Source: Nitrospira sp. (GTDB lineage Bacteria > Nitrospirota > Nitrospiria > Nitrospirales > Nitrospiraceae). From it: DNA of 64,000 nucleotides. The notes beneath the pieces are model-generated. The model made no database searches and had not been told where the DNA came from. It saw only the letters and a program-made list of their open reading frames with translations. This document shows positions 10,091 through 20,144 of the stretch, piece by piece (position 1 is the stretch's first letter; the number at the start of each line of letters is the position of its first letter). The position numbers and the translations under genes were made by a program. The stretch lies in NCBI GenBank assembly GCA_047150005.1, contig AP038806.1, forward strand, positions 3,360,001 to 3,424,000. Reading direction: 5' to 3'.

Positions 10091-12826
10091 ATGAAAGAAG
10101 ACAAGAAACCGGCCACTGTGGAACATGGACGACTCCTCACGGACGGCCGAGCGTGGAAACACTGGGGTCCGTACTTAAGCGAGCGCCAGTGGGGAACAGT
10201 GCGGGAGGATTACAGCCCGGGTGGAGACGCCTGGAACTATTTTACACATGATCATGCCCGCTCTCGGGCCTATCGCTGGGGGGAAGACGGCCTCGCCGGC
10301 ATTTCCGATGAGCAGCAACGGCTCTGCTTTGCGCTGGCGCTATGGAATGGGAAAGATCCGATTCTTAAGGAGCGCTTGTTCGGTTTGACCAACAGTGAGG
10401 GCAACCATGGCGAAGACGTCAAAGAGTACTACTTCTATCTCGACAGCACGCCGACACATTCGTACATGAAGTACCTCTACAAGTATCCCCAGGCGGCCTA
10501 TCCCTACGCCGACCTCGTGGAGACCAACAAGCGGCGGAGCCGGGAGGAAATGGAATACGAGTTGCTCGATACGGGAGTTTTTGCCGAGGACCGGTACTTC
10601 GATGTCTTCATGGAATACGCGAAGGCCAGCCCGGACGATGTACTCGTGCGGATCACCGCGACCAACCGAGGGCCTCAGGCAGCCGAGTTGCACGTGCTTC
10701 CCACCCTGTGGTTCCGGAATGATTGGGCTCAGTGGCTGGTCAGACCGGCTCAGAAGCCGATGCTCAAACAGGTCAAAAGTCCAAAAGGAACCAGCGCGGT
10801 GTCGGCCGCGCATGTCTCGCTCGGGGAGTATATGCTCTATTGCGAGGGCGACGTGCCGCTCCTCTTCACCGACAACGAAACGAACAACGGACGGCTCTTT
10901 CCGGAATATCCCAACGCTAGTCCCTACGTCAAAGACGGCATCAATGATTACATACTTCATGGCCGGGAGAATGCCGTCAATCCGAACAGGACTGGCACGA
11001 AAGTGTCGCCTCATTACCGGTTCACGATCGATCCAGGCAAGTCCGTCACCGCCAAGGTGCGTTTGGTTAAGCAGGACGGAAAGGGAGGGGAGGCCACGCC
11101 GTTCGGAGCGGCCTTCGATGGTATTCTCGGCGAGCGAGTCAAAGAAGCCGACGAGTTCTATAAAGCGGTGACTCCTCCTTCCGTCTCTTCGGATGCGGCC
11201 AATGTAATGCGGCAAGCCATTGCCGGCATGCTGTGGAGCAAGCAGTACTACTTCCTCGACGCGGACCAATGGCTTGAGGAACACCGCGCGCATCCGTTGC
11301 ATGGAGAAAGTCGAGAGTTTCGGAATCGCGACTGGTTTCATATGGTCAATCAGGACGTCATCTCGATGCCGGACAAATGGGAGTACCCCTGGTACGCAGC
11401 GTGGGACCTGGCTTTTCATACTTTGCCGCTCTCGGTCGTGGACCCTGACTTCGCCAAGCAGCAGATGGAACTGATGTTTCGCCGACTGTATCTGCATCCC
11501 AACGGCCAGATTCCAGCCTATGAGTGGAACTTCAGCGACGTGAATCCTCCGGTTCATGCCTGGGCCACGCTCTTTCTCCATCGCACCGCATCGGCGTTGA
11601 CCGGGGAAGTCGACATCGACTTTCTCAAGTCCGCATTCAACAAATTGCTGCTGAATTTTACCTGGTGGGTGAACCGGAAGGACCGATTTGGCAAAAACGT
11701 CTTCGAGGGAGGTTTTCTCGGTCTCGACAACATCGGCGTGTTCGACCGGAGCGCTCCCTTGCCCACCGGCGGCCATCTGGAACAGGCGGACGGCACGGCC
11801 TGGATGGCGCTGTTCACACAAAACATGTGCGAACTGGCCGTCGAAATTATGCCGCACGACCGCACCTATGAAGACATGGTGGGGAAATTCGTCGAACACT
11901 TCCTCTATATCGCCGCGGCGATGAATAAGTCGGGACCGGACGGTATGTGGGATGAGGAAGACGGGTTTTATTATGATCTACTCAGGTTGCCGGACGGGAG
12001 CGCGACCAGGCTCAAGGTCCGATCCATGGTCGGGCTCCTGCCGCTGTGTGCCACGACCGTCGTCGAAGCCTGGCAACGAGAGCGGGTTCCTGAGGCGACA
12101 GCTGCATTTCAACGGCGTTTGCAGCAAATGCCCGAGCTGTTGGCGTCCGTGCACCAAACCGGGCCGGGTCACCTTGGCGTGGCGGATCGCGGCATTTTCG
12201 CGCTGGTCAATCAAGAGCGGCTGCGGCGAATTCTGTCGAAAATGCTGGACGAAAACGAGTTCCTGAGCCCGTACGGCATCCGCTCGCTGTCGAAATTCCA
12301 CCAGGAGCATCCGTTCATCTTCCACACGGGCGGTCAGGAATACCGGGTGGACTATCTGCCGGCTGAGTCCAATACGGGCATGTTCGGCGGCAACTCCAAC
12401 TGGCGGGGACCGGTCTGGATGCCGGTTAACGCCACGATCATCCGCGCCCTACTGCAGTACTATCTCTATTATGGAGACAATTTCAAAATCGAATGTCCCA
12501 CTGGTTCCGGCCGCATGATGAACCTGTTCGAGGTCAGCAAGGAGATTGCGGATCGTTTGAGCCGCATCTTCCTACGCGATGAACAAGGAAAGCGGGCGGT
12601 GTACGGCGGAAGCAGAAAGTTCCAGGAGGACCCTCACTGGCGGGACCATATTCTGTTCTATGAATACTTCCATGGCGACAATGGCGCCGGCCTGGGGGCC
12701 AGCCATCAGACAGGGTGGACAGGTCTGGTCGCGAAGTTGATCGAACTGTACGGCAGGCTTGACCCTCAGAAAGCCCTCCAAGCCGGAAAAGGCGCGGCAT
12801 TTACCTCCCTCAAGGCGGACCGGTAA
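10091..12826 (+). CDS. GH63/MGH1-like glucosidase
   Basis: WGPYLSERQWGTVREDYS, SMPDKWEYPWYAAWDLAFH and FYEYFHGDNGAGLGASHQTGWT. Confidence 0.88.
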   Translation: MKEDKKPATVEHGRLLTDGRAWKHWGPYLSERQWGTVREDYSPGGDAWNYFTHDHARSRAYRWGEDGLAGISDEQQRLCFALALWNGKDPILKERLFGLTNSEGNHGEDVKEYYFYLDSTPTHSYMKYLYKYPQAAYPYADLVETNKRRSREEMEYELLDTGVFAEDRYFDVFMEYAKASPDDVLVRITATNRGPQAAELHVLPTLWFRNDWAQWLVRPAQKPMLKQVKSPKGTSAVSAAHVSLGEYMLYCEGDVPLLFTDNETNNGRLFPEYPNASPYVKDGINDYILHGRENAVNPNRTGTKVSPHYRFTIDPGKSVTAKVRLVKQDGKGGEATPFGAAFDGILGERVKEADEFYKAVTPPSVSSDAANVMRQAIAGMLWSKQYYFLDADQWLEEHRAHPLHGESREFRNRDWFHMVNQDVISMPDKWEYPWYAAWDLAFHTLPLSVVDPDFAKQQMELMFRRLYLHPNGQIPAYEWNFSDVNPPVHAWATLFLHRTASALTGEVDIDFLKSAFNKLLLNFTWWVNRKDRFGKNVFEGGFLGLDNIGVFDRSAPLPTGGHLEQADGTAWMALFTQNMCELAVEIMPHDRTYEDMVGKFVEHFLYIAAAMNKSGPDGMWDEEDGFYYDLLRLPDGSATRLKVRSMVGLLPLCATTVVEAWQRERVPEATAAFQRRLQQMPELLASVHQTGPGHLGVADRGIFALVNQERLRRILSKMLDENEFLSPYGIRSLSKFHQEHPFIFHTGGQEYRVDYLPAESNTGMFGGNSNWRGPVWMPVNATIIRALLQYYLYYGDNFKIECPTGSGRMMNLFEVSKEIADRLSRIFLRDEQGKRAVYGGSRKFQEDPHWRDHILFYEYFHGDNGAGLGASHQTGWTGLVAKLIELYGRLDPQKALQAGKGAAFTSLKADR

Positions 12827-13209
12827 TGCGATCCGACGTTCAATCCGGCGGATAGAAGAGGGTTGCTGGAAGACATGAAGACCGACATCGAGAGGCAATT
12901 GCTCCGGCGTCAACTCTTCCGGAACCGGTGGTTTAATCCGGCCTGGACCGCCAGATCGCTGGCTGCAAAGATCAGGCAATTTCTGGAAGCCCCGTCCATG
13001 CCGTGAACCCAAGGGTGTGGGGAGGGACAATCGATGCGTTCGATACGAAGGGACTGGGCGTGCGGCGCTGGTTCCCGGTGGCGGCGGAGCGCCTGCGGAT
13101 CCGAATAGACAGCGCCCGGCTTTTCCGGTACACTCCAGCGCCCGAAGAGGAGGCTTGTGGAGTTCCAGTCATCGGTGCGGCAATTCATAGGCGAAAACAG
13201 GAGGACAGC

Positions 13210-13545
13210 ATGCGGAAATGTTTCACCACGGGCCTGATACTCTGTGGACTGGTCGGGATGGTCGCCGGATGCACCAATTATTACCGCGTGACCGATCCCC
13301 ATTCCGGTAAGACTTACTACACGACCGAGGTCAAGGATGCCGGCAGAGGCGGCGCCGTGAAGATCAAGGACGCAAAGTCGGGAAGCACGGTGACCCTGCA
13401 ATCGTCCGAGGTCAAGGAGATCACGTCGGATGAATATGAAGCTGCCATGAAGGCACCGTCAATGAAGGCAACGACTCCCATGCCCTCTGCTGAAAAGGCG
13501 ACGACTCCCATGCCCCCTGCCGAGCCTCAGCCGGCCGCAAAGTAA
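13210..13545 (+). CDS. Small lipoprotein with Pro/Ala-rich tail
   Basis: RBS AGGAGG, lipobox VAGC, 111 aa. Confidence 0.8.
   Translation: MRKCFTTGLILCGLVGMVAGCTNYYRVTDPHSGKTYYTTEVKDAGRGGAVKIKDAKSGSTVTLQSSEVKEITSDEYEAAMKAPSMKATTPMPSAEKATTPMPPAEPQPAAK
13465..13524 (+). repeat. 2 x 30 bp in-frame tandem repeat (KATTPMPxAE)
   Basis: aaggcaacgactcccatgccctctgctgaa followed by aaggcgacgactcccatgccccctgccgag. Confidence 0.85.
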
Positions 13546-13586
13546 ACATGAGTCACCCTTGCCTTGCCGGCTACTATTCGCGGGTA

Positions 13587-13615
13587 TTGACGGGTGTATT
13601 GAAGCTGGCTATAAG
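13587..13615 (+). promoter_or_regulatory. Putative sigma70 promoter
   Basis: TTGACG-N17-TATAAG, about 35 nt upstream of the ATG at 13650. Confidence 0.55.
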
Positions 13616-13649
13616 AAGCGAGTTTTTATTGGCTTCTAGGACACCATTC

Positions 13650-14501
13650 ATGTATCGATACCTCCGGACCGCGGCATATGTCCTGGCGGTGGTGATGTTC
13701 CTGTCGGGATACGTTTCTCCAGTTCTCGCCGAAGAAGCCTCTTCCGATGCTCCCTTCTCCGATAAGTTGATGATCCGTGGCGGGTGGGCCTATGTCTTCG
13801 GGGCGACGGCCAATGCCTCGGTCTCCGGGCCGACGTTGGGACTCGGACCCGCCGTGGACTTCACCAACACGCTCGGTGGGAGAAGCAGTACCGACGCATT
13901 CAGGATCGACGGGCTCTATCGATTCAACGAACGGCATGCCGTCGGTCTATCCTGGTATCGCGTCGGATTGAGCGGGAACAAGAGCATCAACCAAGAGATT
14001 CAGATCGGCGACAACGTCGTGTCGGCCGGCGCGGCCACGCAGACCGGGTTGAGCTTCAATACCTATCGGTTGCTCTATAACTATTCATTTTATCGAAGCG
14101 ACAAGGTAGAACTTGCCTTCTCGCCCGGGCTGTACATCATGAAAACCAACTTCAATTTCGCTGCACAAGGAACCATTAACGGCAACGCGAGCAACACCGC
14201 TCTCGTGAACGAGCAGGTGACGTTGCCCCTCCCGTCCATCGGCCTCGTCGTAAATTACAACATTACACCGAAGCTCCAGTTTCAAAATCGCTACGACTTT
14301 TTCTATCTCACCATTAACGATTATTCCGGAGCCATGTTCGAGTTCTATGCCGGTCTTGAGTATCGGCTCTTCAAGCATTTCGCGATGGGCGCCGCGTACG
14401 ACCGGTTGCAGGCCGGTTTGAGAGGAGATGGAGATAAAGGCTTTACGGTGAATTTCAGTTATAACCTGGCCTATGTGTACGCAACCCTGTATTTGTTTTA
14501 A
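13650..14501 (+). CDS. Outer-membrane beta-barrel protein
   Basis: Signal peptide, alternating aromatic strands, PLPSIG motif, C-terminal YATLYLF. Confidence 0.8.
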   Translation: MYRYLRTAAYVLAVVMFLSGYVSPVLAEEASSDAPFSDKLMIRGGWAYVFGATANASVSGPTLGLGPAVDFTNTLGGRSSTDAFRIDGLYRFNERHAVGLSWYRVGLSGNKSINQEIQIGDNVVSAGAATQTGLSFNTYRLLYNYSFYRSDKVELAFSPGLYIMKTNFNFAAQGTINGNASNTALVNEQVTLPLPSIGLVVNYNITPKLQFQNRYDFFYLTINDYSGAMFEFYAGLEYRLFKHFAMGAAYDRLQAGLRGDGDKGFTVNFSYNLAYVYATLYLF

Positions 14502-14721
14502 TCGGCACAGAGCGTAAATATTCAGTGAGTCAGCGTCCTCATCATTCCGATCGGATGATCCCTGCCTTCTGTTTCCACGTGATCCCGCTTCAAGCTTGAT
14601 GGTTTCCCACGTGTGCCTTGCGATGTACGTCGCGTAGTCGTTCGTATGGGGGTTCATCTGGAGAGCGATTCAAAGGTGCCAATCAATCGTTCAATCGAGC
14701 AGAGAGAAGGAGGGAGCCGCC

Positions 14722-16527
14722 ATGAGTAGAATGCCCCGAACCTTGTGTATAGCCCTGATTGGGTTCGCGCTGGGCGCGCTGTGGATCACTCCCCTGTGGG
14801 CTGAAAAGGACGCTCCGCAACCGAGTCTGAAGGAATTCATCGACAAGAAAAAAGTTCTCCAAGTCGAGCAGCCCGGTATGGCGACGGGTATTCCGGAGGA
14901 CCAGTTTGACCGGGGGACACCGAGGTCGAGCGTCCAGGGCTATCTCTCAGCCGTTCGGGATCGGAACTATGTGCGAGCGGCGGAGTATCTGGATCTCCGA
15001 AATCTGCCATCCGGTTTGACGGAAGCCCAAGGGCCGGAGCTGGCCAGGCAGTTGAGGATCGTCCTCGACCAGACGTTGTGGATCGATCTGGAACTGCTGA
15101 GCACGAGCCCGGAAGGAGACCAGCACGACAACCTGCCTGTCGTGCGCGAGCGAGTCGGGCACATCCCCACCGGTGAGAACAAGGTGTATGACCTGTTCAT
15201 GCAGCGGGTGCCGCGGGGCGACGGGATATACATCTGGAAATTTGCCGACGTGACCGTGGCTGAGATTCCCGAGCTCTACCAGCTATTCGGTTACGGCCGC
15301 CTCGAAAAGATATTCCCTTCCTGGTTATTCGACGTGTCGTTCCTGGGCATCAATCTCTGGCTATGGGCTGCCGTCCTCGGCATCGCCGCCGCGCTCTATC
15401 CGGTCGCCATGATCCTGACCAGACTGATTGCCTGGTCGCTCCGTCTTGTCAACAAGGAGTTTGCCGATCAATTCCAACGGCTCTTCACCGGGCCGGTCAC
15501 GCTCCTGATCTGGACGGTCATAGTCAGAAACATCGCGGACTTTGTCGGGTCATCGGTCGGGCTCAAAGCGCTTAGTCAAGCCAGAACGGTGCAGGTCATC
15601 GGTCTGGCCTGGCTGCTCATGCGCGTGATCGACCTGGTGGTCCAACGAGCCGGGGCGAATCTGGACAAGAAAGGACTCAGCGGATCGCGCGTGCTTCTCG
15701 TGCCGGTCTCCAAACTTGTGAAATTTGTTGCACTGGCCGGCGCCGTCCTGCTCTGGCTCGACAATGCCGGCTACAAGGTGACGACGCTGCTGGCCGGGCT
15801 CAGTATCAGCGGCGTGGCCGTCGCCCTGGCGTCTCAAAAGAGTCTGGAGAACATCTTCGGAGCCGTCACGTTGTTCAGCTCCAGACCGGTCAAGGTCGGG
15901 GACATGTGTCGGTTCGGCAACGAGATGGGCATGGTCGAGGAGATCGGGTTGCGGGCGACCCGCATCAGAACATTAGACCGGACTGTCATCACTGTGTCGA
16001 ATGCGGAATTCGCCAACATGCATCTCAACAATCTGTCGGAGCGGGATCGGTTCTGGTATCACCCGGTGCTTCAGCTCCGCTACGAAACCACGCCGGATCA
16101 GATCCGCTACCTCCTGGTGGAGGTCCGAAAGATGCTCTACGGCCATCCGAAAGTGCTGACGGAGCCGCTCCGGGCTCGGTTCATCCGGTTCGGTGAATAT
16201 TCATTGGACGTCGAGGTCTTCGCCTATCTGGAAGCGGCAAGCTACGACGAATCACTGGAAATCGCCGAGGATCTCAACCTTCGCATTATGGATATCGTGA
16301 ATGCGGCAGGTTCAGGTTTTGCGTTCCCGTCGGAGGTTCAATATTCGTTGCCGGGAAAGCCGCTTGATGAAGAACGGGCCAGGGCTGTGGGTCAGGAGGT
16401 CACGCAATGGAAATCAAAGAAGGAACTCTATCTGCCGGGTTTTCCACCGGACAAGATTGCGGAGCTTAAGAGTACGCTGGCTTATCCGCCGGAAGGTTCG
16501 CCGCAACGGGCTCAGGCAAGCGTGTGA
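14722..16527 (+). CDS. MscS-family mechanosensitive channel with N-terminal periplasmic domain
   Basis: LLAGLSISGVAVALASQKSLENIFG, PVKVGD and VEEIGLRATRIRTLDR. Confidence 0.92.
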   Translation: MSRMPRTLCIALIGFALGALWITPLWAEKDAPQPSLKEFIDKKKVLQVEQPGMATGIPEDQFDRGTPRSSVQGYLSAVRDRNYVRAAEYLDLRNLPSGLTEAQGPELARQLRIVLDQTLWIDLELLSTSPEGDQHDNLPVVRERVGHIPTGENKVYDLFMQRVPRGDGIYIWKFADVTVAEIPELYQLFGYGRLEKIFPSWLFDVSFLGINLWLWAAVLGIAAALYPVAMILTRLIAWSLRLVNKEFADQFQRLFTGPVTLLIWTVIVRNIADFVGSSVGLKALSQARTVQVIGLAWLLMRVIDLVVQRAGANLDKKGLSGSRVLLVPVSKLVKFVALAGAVLLWLDNAGYKVTTLLAGLSISGVAVALASQKSLENIFGAVTLFSSRPVKVGDMCRFGNEMGMVEEIGLRATRIRTLDRTVITVSNAEFANMHLNNLSERDRFWYHPVLQLRYETTPDQIRYLLVEVRKMLYGHPKVLTEPLRARFIRFGEYSLDVEVFAYLEAASYDESLEIAEDLNLRIMDIVNAAGSGFAFPSEVQYSLPGKPLDEERARAVGQEVTQWKSKKELYLPGFPPDKIAELKSTLAYPPEGSPQRAQASV

Positions 16528-16547
16528 AGCGGGGAGGGGCAGAACTA

Positions 16548-16613
16548 ACCGCCACCAAACTGATTCGAAACGCTCCTGATTTTCAGCGGCTGATGCGAGA
16601 TTTGCAACGATGA
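16548..16613 (+). pseudogene. Remnant C-terminus of a patatin paralog
   Basis: Translates TATKLIRNAPDFQRLMRDLQR*, compared with TAAKLIRNDKEFQRLMKDVE at the end of 18724-20121. Confidence 0.75.
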
Positions 16614-16641
16614 GCAGCTCCGGAGAGGAGGTTGTATCGAT

Positions 16642-16797
16642 CAATCCATTTGTGCGGCTGGATTCCTTGGGCTCTGTAGCAGCCTGGCGGTGGCCGGAGT
16701 CCTAACCGGTTGCTCGGGCAGTGCCTCACACCATGATTCGTCCTCGCCCATCGTGCCGATTACGGACGTCAGTATGTATGTTCAAGCGATCCTTTAG
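16642..16797 (+). pseudogene. Truncated family C lipoprotein
   Basis: QSICAAGFLGLCSSLAVAGVLTGCSGSASHHDSSSPIVPITDVSM then an early stop. Matches the N-termini of 24826, 33896 and 47342; no in-frame ATG. Confidence 0.65.
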
Positions 16798-16915
16798 CCT
16801 AACCGGTCGATTCACTAACGTGTTGGGCCAGTTTCCAACATTCCAGTCTGCGCGCAGTCTCGCTCGTTTTGGCGTTTCACAACAAACAGCGTATATGCGA
16901 CAGCAGCTGACAGCG

Positions 16916-17533
16916 TTACGGTGCGACATAGCTGCCATACTTTGGCACGGTGTCGCATGGGGCATCAGTTTTATTGGCAGCCTTGCAGAGATTCAACAAT
17001 GCTCCTTGTGCCGCCAAGCGAGCTTCTTTATGTTCTCCCGACTTGCCATAATCGACAGCTAACTGAAGCAGCTGCCTCGAGCGTTCGTTGCCCCCTGGCT
17101 GGCTCAGCGCCTGCTCCAGCTTTGCCGTCGCACTCTGGATGACGGAGACGTCCGAACCCCAGCGCTTTTTGGGATCAGCGGTTGCACGTTTACCCAGCCC
17201 GGGGGTATCGGTCAATTCCACGATTGCATCTTGTGTTAGAGTGATCGCATCTGCCTTTGCATCTGCCATTGATGGTTCCTTGCTCTGTCTGCTCTTCGCT
17301 ATACCGGCAGCGGCGTCGGCCTTTCCCTCCGAAAGCTGCTGCTGACACATTGGCGAAAACTTGTCTATGTTGGCTTCAAAACATTTTTGGATACGCAGGA
17401 AGCCAGGCTCAATCTGCCCGCAGTGCCTCTCCACCTCATCGATACACTGAGGATCTACGCTCTGTGATTGGGCAGGCGTGACAGCAAGGAGAGAAAGGAG
17501 AAACACAGCCAAAAACATCATCTTTGCTTGCAT
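16916..17533 (-). CDS. Secreted protein: cysteine-rich repeat plus helical C-terminal domain
   Basis: RBS AGGAGG, signal peptide, C-x7-C-x12-C-x11-C unit; lies in an AT-richer segment. Confidence 0.7.
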   Translation of the reverse strand: MQAKMMFLAVFLLSLLAVTPAQSQSVDPQCIDEVERHCGQIEPGFLRIQKCFEANIDKFSPMCQQQLSEGKADAAAGIAKSRQSKEPSMADAKADAITLTQDAIVELTDTPGLGKRATADPKKRWGSDVSVIQSATAKLEQALSQPGGNERSRQLLQLAVDYGKSGEHKEARLAAQGALLNLCKAANKTDAPCDTVPKYGSYVAP

Positions 17534-18041
17534 TCTCAACCTCCTTCTTGCAGTGAGATCGCGCGAAAGAACACAATGAGCCCATAGGCCGATCAATGGC
17601 CTGGTCGACTTAGGACTAACCTCTGAGCATTCTTTCATCGGCAAAGCAGAGCACCGACGTGTCAAGAAGTCCGTCTCCTGAAGGCAGGAAGCAGCAGGGA
17701 TGACCGCTTCTTCGTTGAAGATGGCAGCCATTCGGAGCAATTCATACCCTCTATACCTCCGTATGTCAATAGCATTCTGCAGCAATGTCGCATGAAAGAT
17801 AGTCAAAGAGGGTGACGCCCAACAGGTCAGCGCCTTGACCCGTATGAATTGTCCAAGCTGCCATTTCAATCACTGCATTGGTGATTCCTCGTCTTCGCAA
17901 CCGTACGGTCGCTCCCCAATGGGCAGCGTCCGTCTCCGTAATGAATCTTGCCTTCTCTAAGATCTCAGCCTGCGCGGTCCCGCTCCGTTCGGCGTTCCAT
18001 TCCTGGAGCAACGTGTACGCGACGTAATACTTATAGATGTT

Positions 18042-18642
18042 GGCGCAGTTCTCCTGTGGCTGGACAACGCCGGTTACAAGGTGACGACGCTGCTGGCCGG
18101 GCTCAGCATCAGCGGCGTGGCCGTCGCCTTGGTCTCTCAAAAGAGCCTGGAGAACATCTTCGGAGCCGTCACGTTGTTCACGGCCAGGCTCGTCAAGGTC
18201 GGGGACATGTGCCGGCTCGGCAGCGAGATGGGAGTGGTTGCGGACTTTGCGAACCTGCATCTCGACAACCTGTCGGAGCGGGATCGGTTCTGGTATCATC
18301 CGGCTCTTGAAGTGCGATACGAAACCACACCGGATCAGATCCGCTACCTGCTGGTGGAGGTCCGGAAGATGCTCTGCGGGCATCCGCAAGTGCTGACGGA
18401 GCCGCTGCGGGTCCGGTTCATCCGGTTCGGTGAATATTCCCTGGACGTCGAGGTCTTCGCCTATCTGGAAGCGGCGAGCTATGACGAATCGCTGGAAATC
18501 GCCGAGGACCTCAACCTTCGGATTATGGATATCGTGAGCGAAGTTGGATCCGATTTTGCCTTTCCGTCGGAGGTGCAATATTCGTTGCCGGGAAGGTTCA
18601 CCACAACGGGCTCAGGCAAGCGTGTGAAGCGGGGAGGGGCAG
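18042..18642 (+). pseudogene. Degenerate second copy of the mscS 3' half
   Basis: Near-identical protein to the 3' half of 14722-16527. Lacks the 5' half, has an in-frame 22-codon deletion and a second frameshifting deletion near the 3' end. Confidence 0.88.
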
Positions 18643-18648
18643 TGGAGC

Positions 18649-18664
18649 CTGTCAATTTTGACAG
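18649..18664. promoter_or_regulatory. CTGTCA-N4-TGACAG palindrome, copy 1
   Basis: ctgtcaattttgacag, about 60 nt upstream of the patatin start. Confidence 0.7.
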
Positions 18665-18723
18665 TTCCTAGCCCCATGGACTTCATGGCACAACTACCCA
18701 CAATCTCAGCCCTAAGGAGCACC

Positions 18724-20121
18724 ATGCATCGATTCTTGAGAGACCTCAGTCTCTGGCACATTCTGTTGACTCTCCTATTCGCTGCCGGTTGCGAATATGT
18801 CCGTCCGACCCTCAACGCCCCATTGGAACAATGGGATCCCAAGGGCGGTTATCGCTTTACGAATGTGGCGCCGCCGGAGTCCGACAACAGCGATAGTTTC
18901 CTGTTCGTGGCCGCGTTTTCCGGAGGAGGCACGCGCGCTTCTACCTTGGCGTTTGGCGCCTTGCGCGAGCTGGCTCAGCAGGAGATTGTGTGGGAAGGCA
19001 AGAGGAAGCGCCTCCTCGATGAGATCGATCTCATTCACGCCCTGTCCGGCGGAACCTTTACCGGCGGCTATTATGCCCTCTACCGCGATCGGATCTTCCA
19101 CGACTTTGAGTACCGTTTCCTTCGCAAGAACTGGGAATCCGAACTGAAGGCCCGAGTGTTCAAGTCCCCCAGCAATTGGATCCGCCTCTGGTCGCCCTAT
19201 TTCGGACGCGCCCACCTGATGTCCGAACTTCTGGATGAAGCTCTTTTCGATCACAAGACCTATGGAGATCTGGCAGCGCTGCGGCAACGGCCCATGTTGA
19301 TCATCCATGCGTCGGATATGGCTACGCTGGCGCGGTTTGAATTCACGCAATTCCAGTTCGATATTATCTGTTCCGATCTCGGCCAGCTGCCTATTGCCGA
19401 TGCTTCTGCCGCCTCGGCCGCGCTTCCCCTCGTGCTTAGTCCGATCTCGTTGAAGAACTACGCGAATAACTGCAAGTATGAGGTGCCAGGATGGTTGGAG
19501 GAGGCCAAGAGGCGAGGCAAAATCGGAGGTCAACGGGCTAACGAGTTGCTCTCTTATCTGGACGTCAAGAAACGTCCCTACATCCACTTGCTCGATGGCG
19601 GTCTGTCGGACAATCTCGCGCTGCGGGGACTCATTGAAAACAGCGGCTTGCAGGGAGGGTTTGCAAAGCTGTTGGTTATGGCCGGTGTGAAGAATATCAA
19701 AAAATTGGTCATTCTGACCGTGAATGCGGAGACGTCTCCGGATGTGATGGAATTCCGCAGCGATCATGTTCCGGTCATTTCCAAGGCCATGAGCTCATTG
19801 GTCGATATTCCGATCAATCGATATTCGTTCGATACCACCACCCTCATCAAGATGGGCGTGGAAAAATGGCGGACGGAACTCCAGCTCAAACCGCGTCCTC
19901 CAGGGAGTCCTTTCGCCGAAGACGCCGACATCTATTTCATCAATGCCAGCTTAAATGAGATCGAGGATCCGGACGAGCGCATCGCCATGATGAAGATTCC
20001 CACGACGTTGTATCTGACGGACGACCAGATCGACCGGCTGGTGACGACGGCCGCGAAGCTGATCCGAAACGACAAGGAGTTTCAGCGTTTGATGAAGGAC
20101 GTGGAAGCGCCGCCTCCATAA
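18724..20121 (+). CDS. Patatin-like phospholipase lipoprotein
   Basis: Lipobox AAGC, SGGGTRA, nucleophile ALSGG and LLDGGLSDN. Confidence 0.88.
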   Translation: MHRFLRDLSLWHILLTLLFAAGCEYVRPTLNAPLEQWDPKGGYRFTNVAPPESDNSDSFLFVAAFSGGGTRASTLAFGALRELAQQEIVWEGKRKRLLDEIDLIHALSGGTFTGGYYALYRDRIFHDFEYRFLRKNWESELKARVFKSPSNWIRLWSPYFGRAHLMSELLDEALFDHKTYGDLAALRQRPMLIIHASDMATLARFEFTQFQFDIICSDLGQLPIADASAASAALPLVLSPISLKNYANNCKYEVPGWLEEAKRRGKIGGQRANELLSYLDVKKRPYIHLLDGGLSDNLALRGLIENSGLQGGFAKLLVMAGVKNIKKLVILTVNAETSPDVMEFRSDHVPVISKAMSSLVDIPINRYSFDTTTLIKMGVEKWRTELQLKPRPPGSPFAEDADIYFINASLNEIEDPDERIAMMKIPTTLYLTDDQIDRLVTTAAKLIRNDKEFQRLMKDVEAPPP

Positions 20122-20144
20122 CGGGAAAGAGGCCTGTCGTGAGC

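Noticed and set aside
17766..18040. Protein-like minus-strand frame next to the mscS fragment
   Set aside because: No start codon or recognisable motif; left uncalled.
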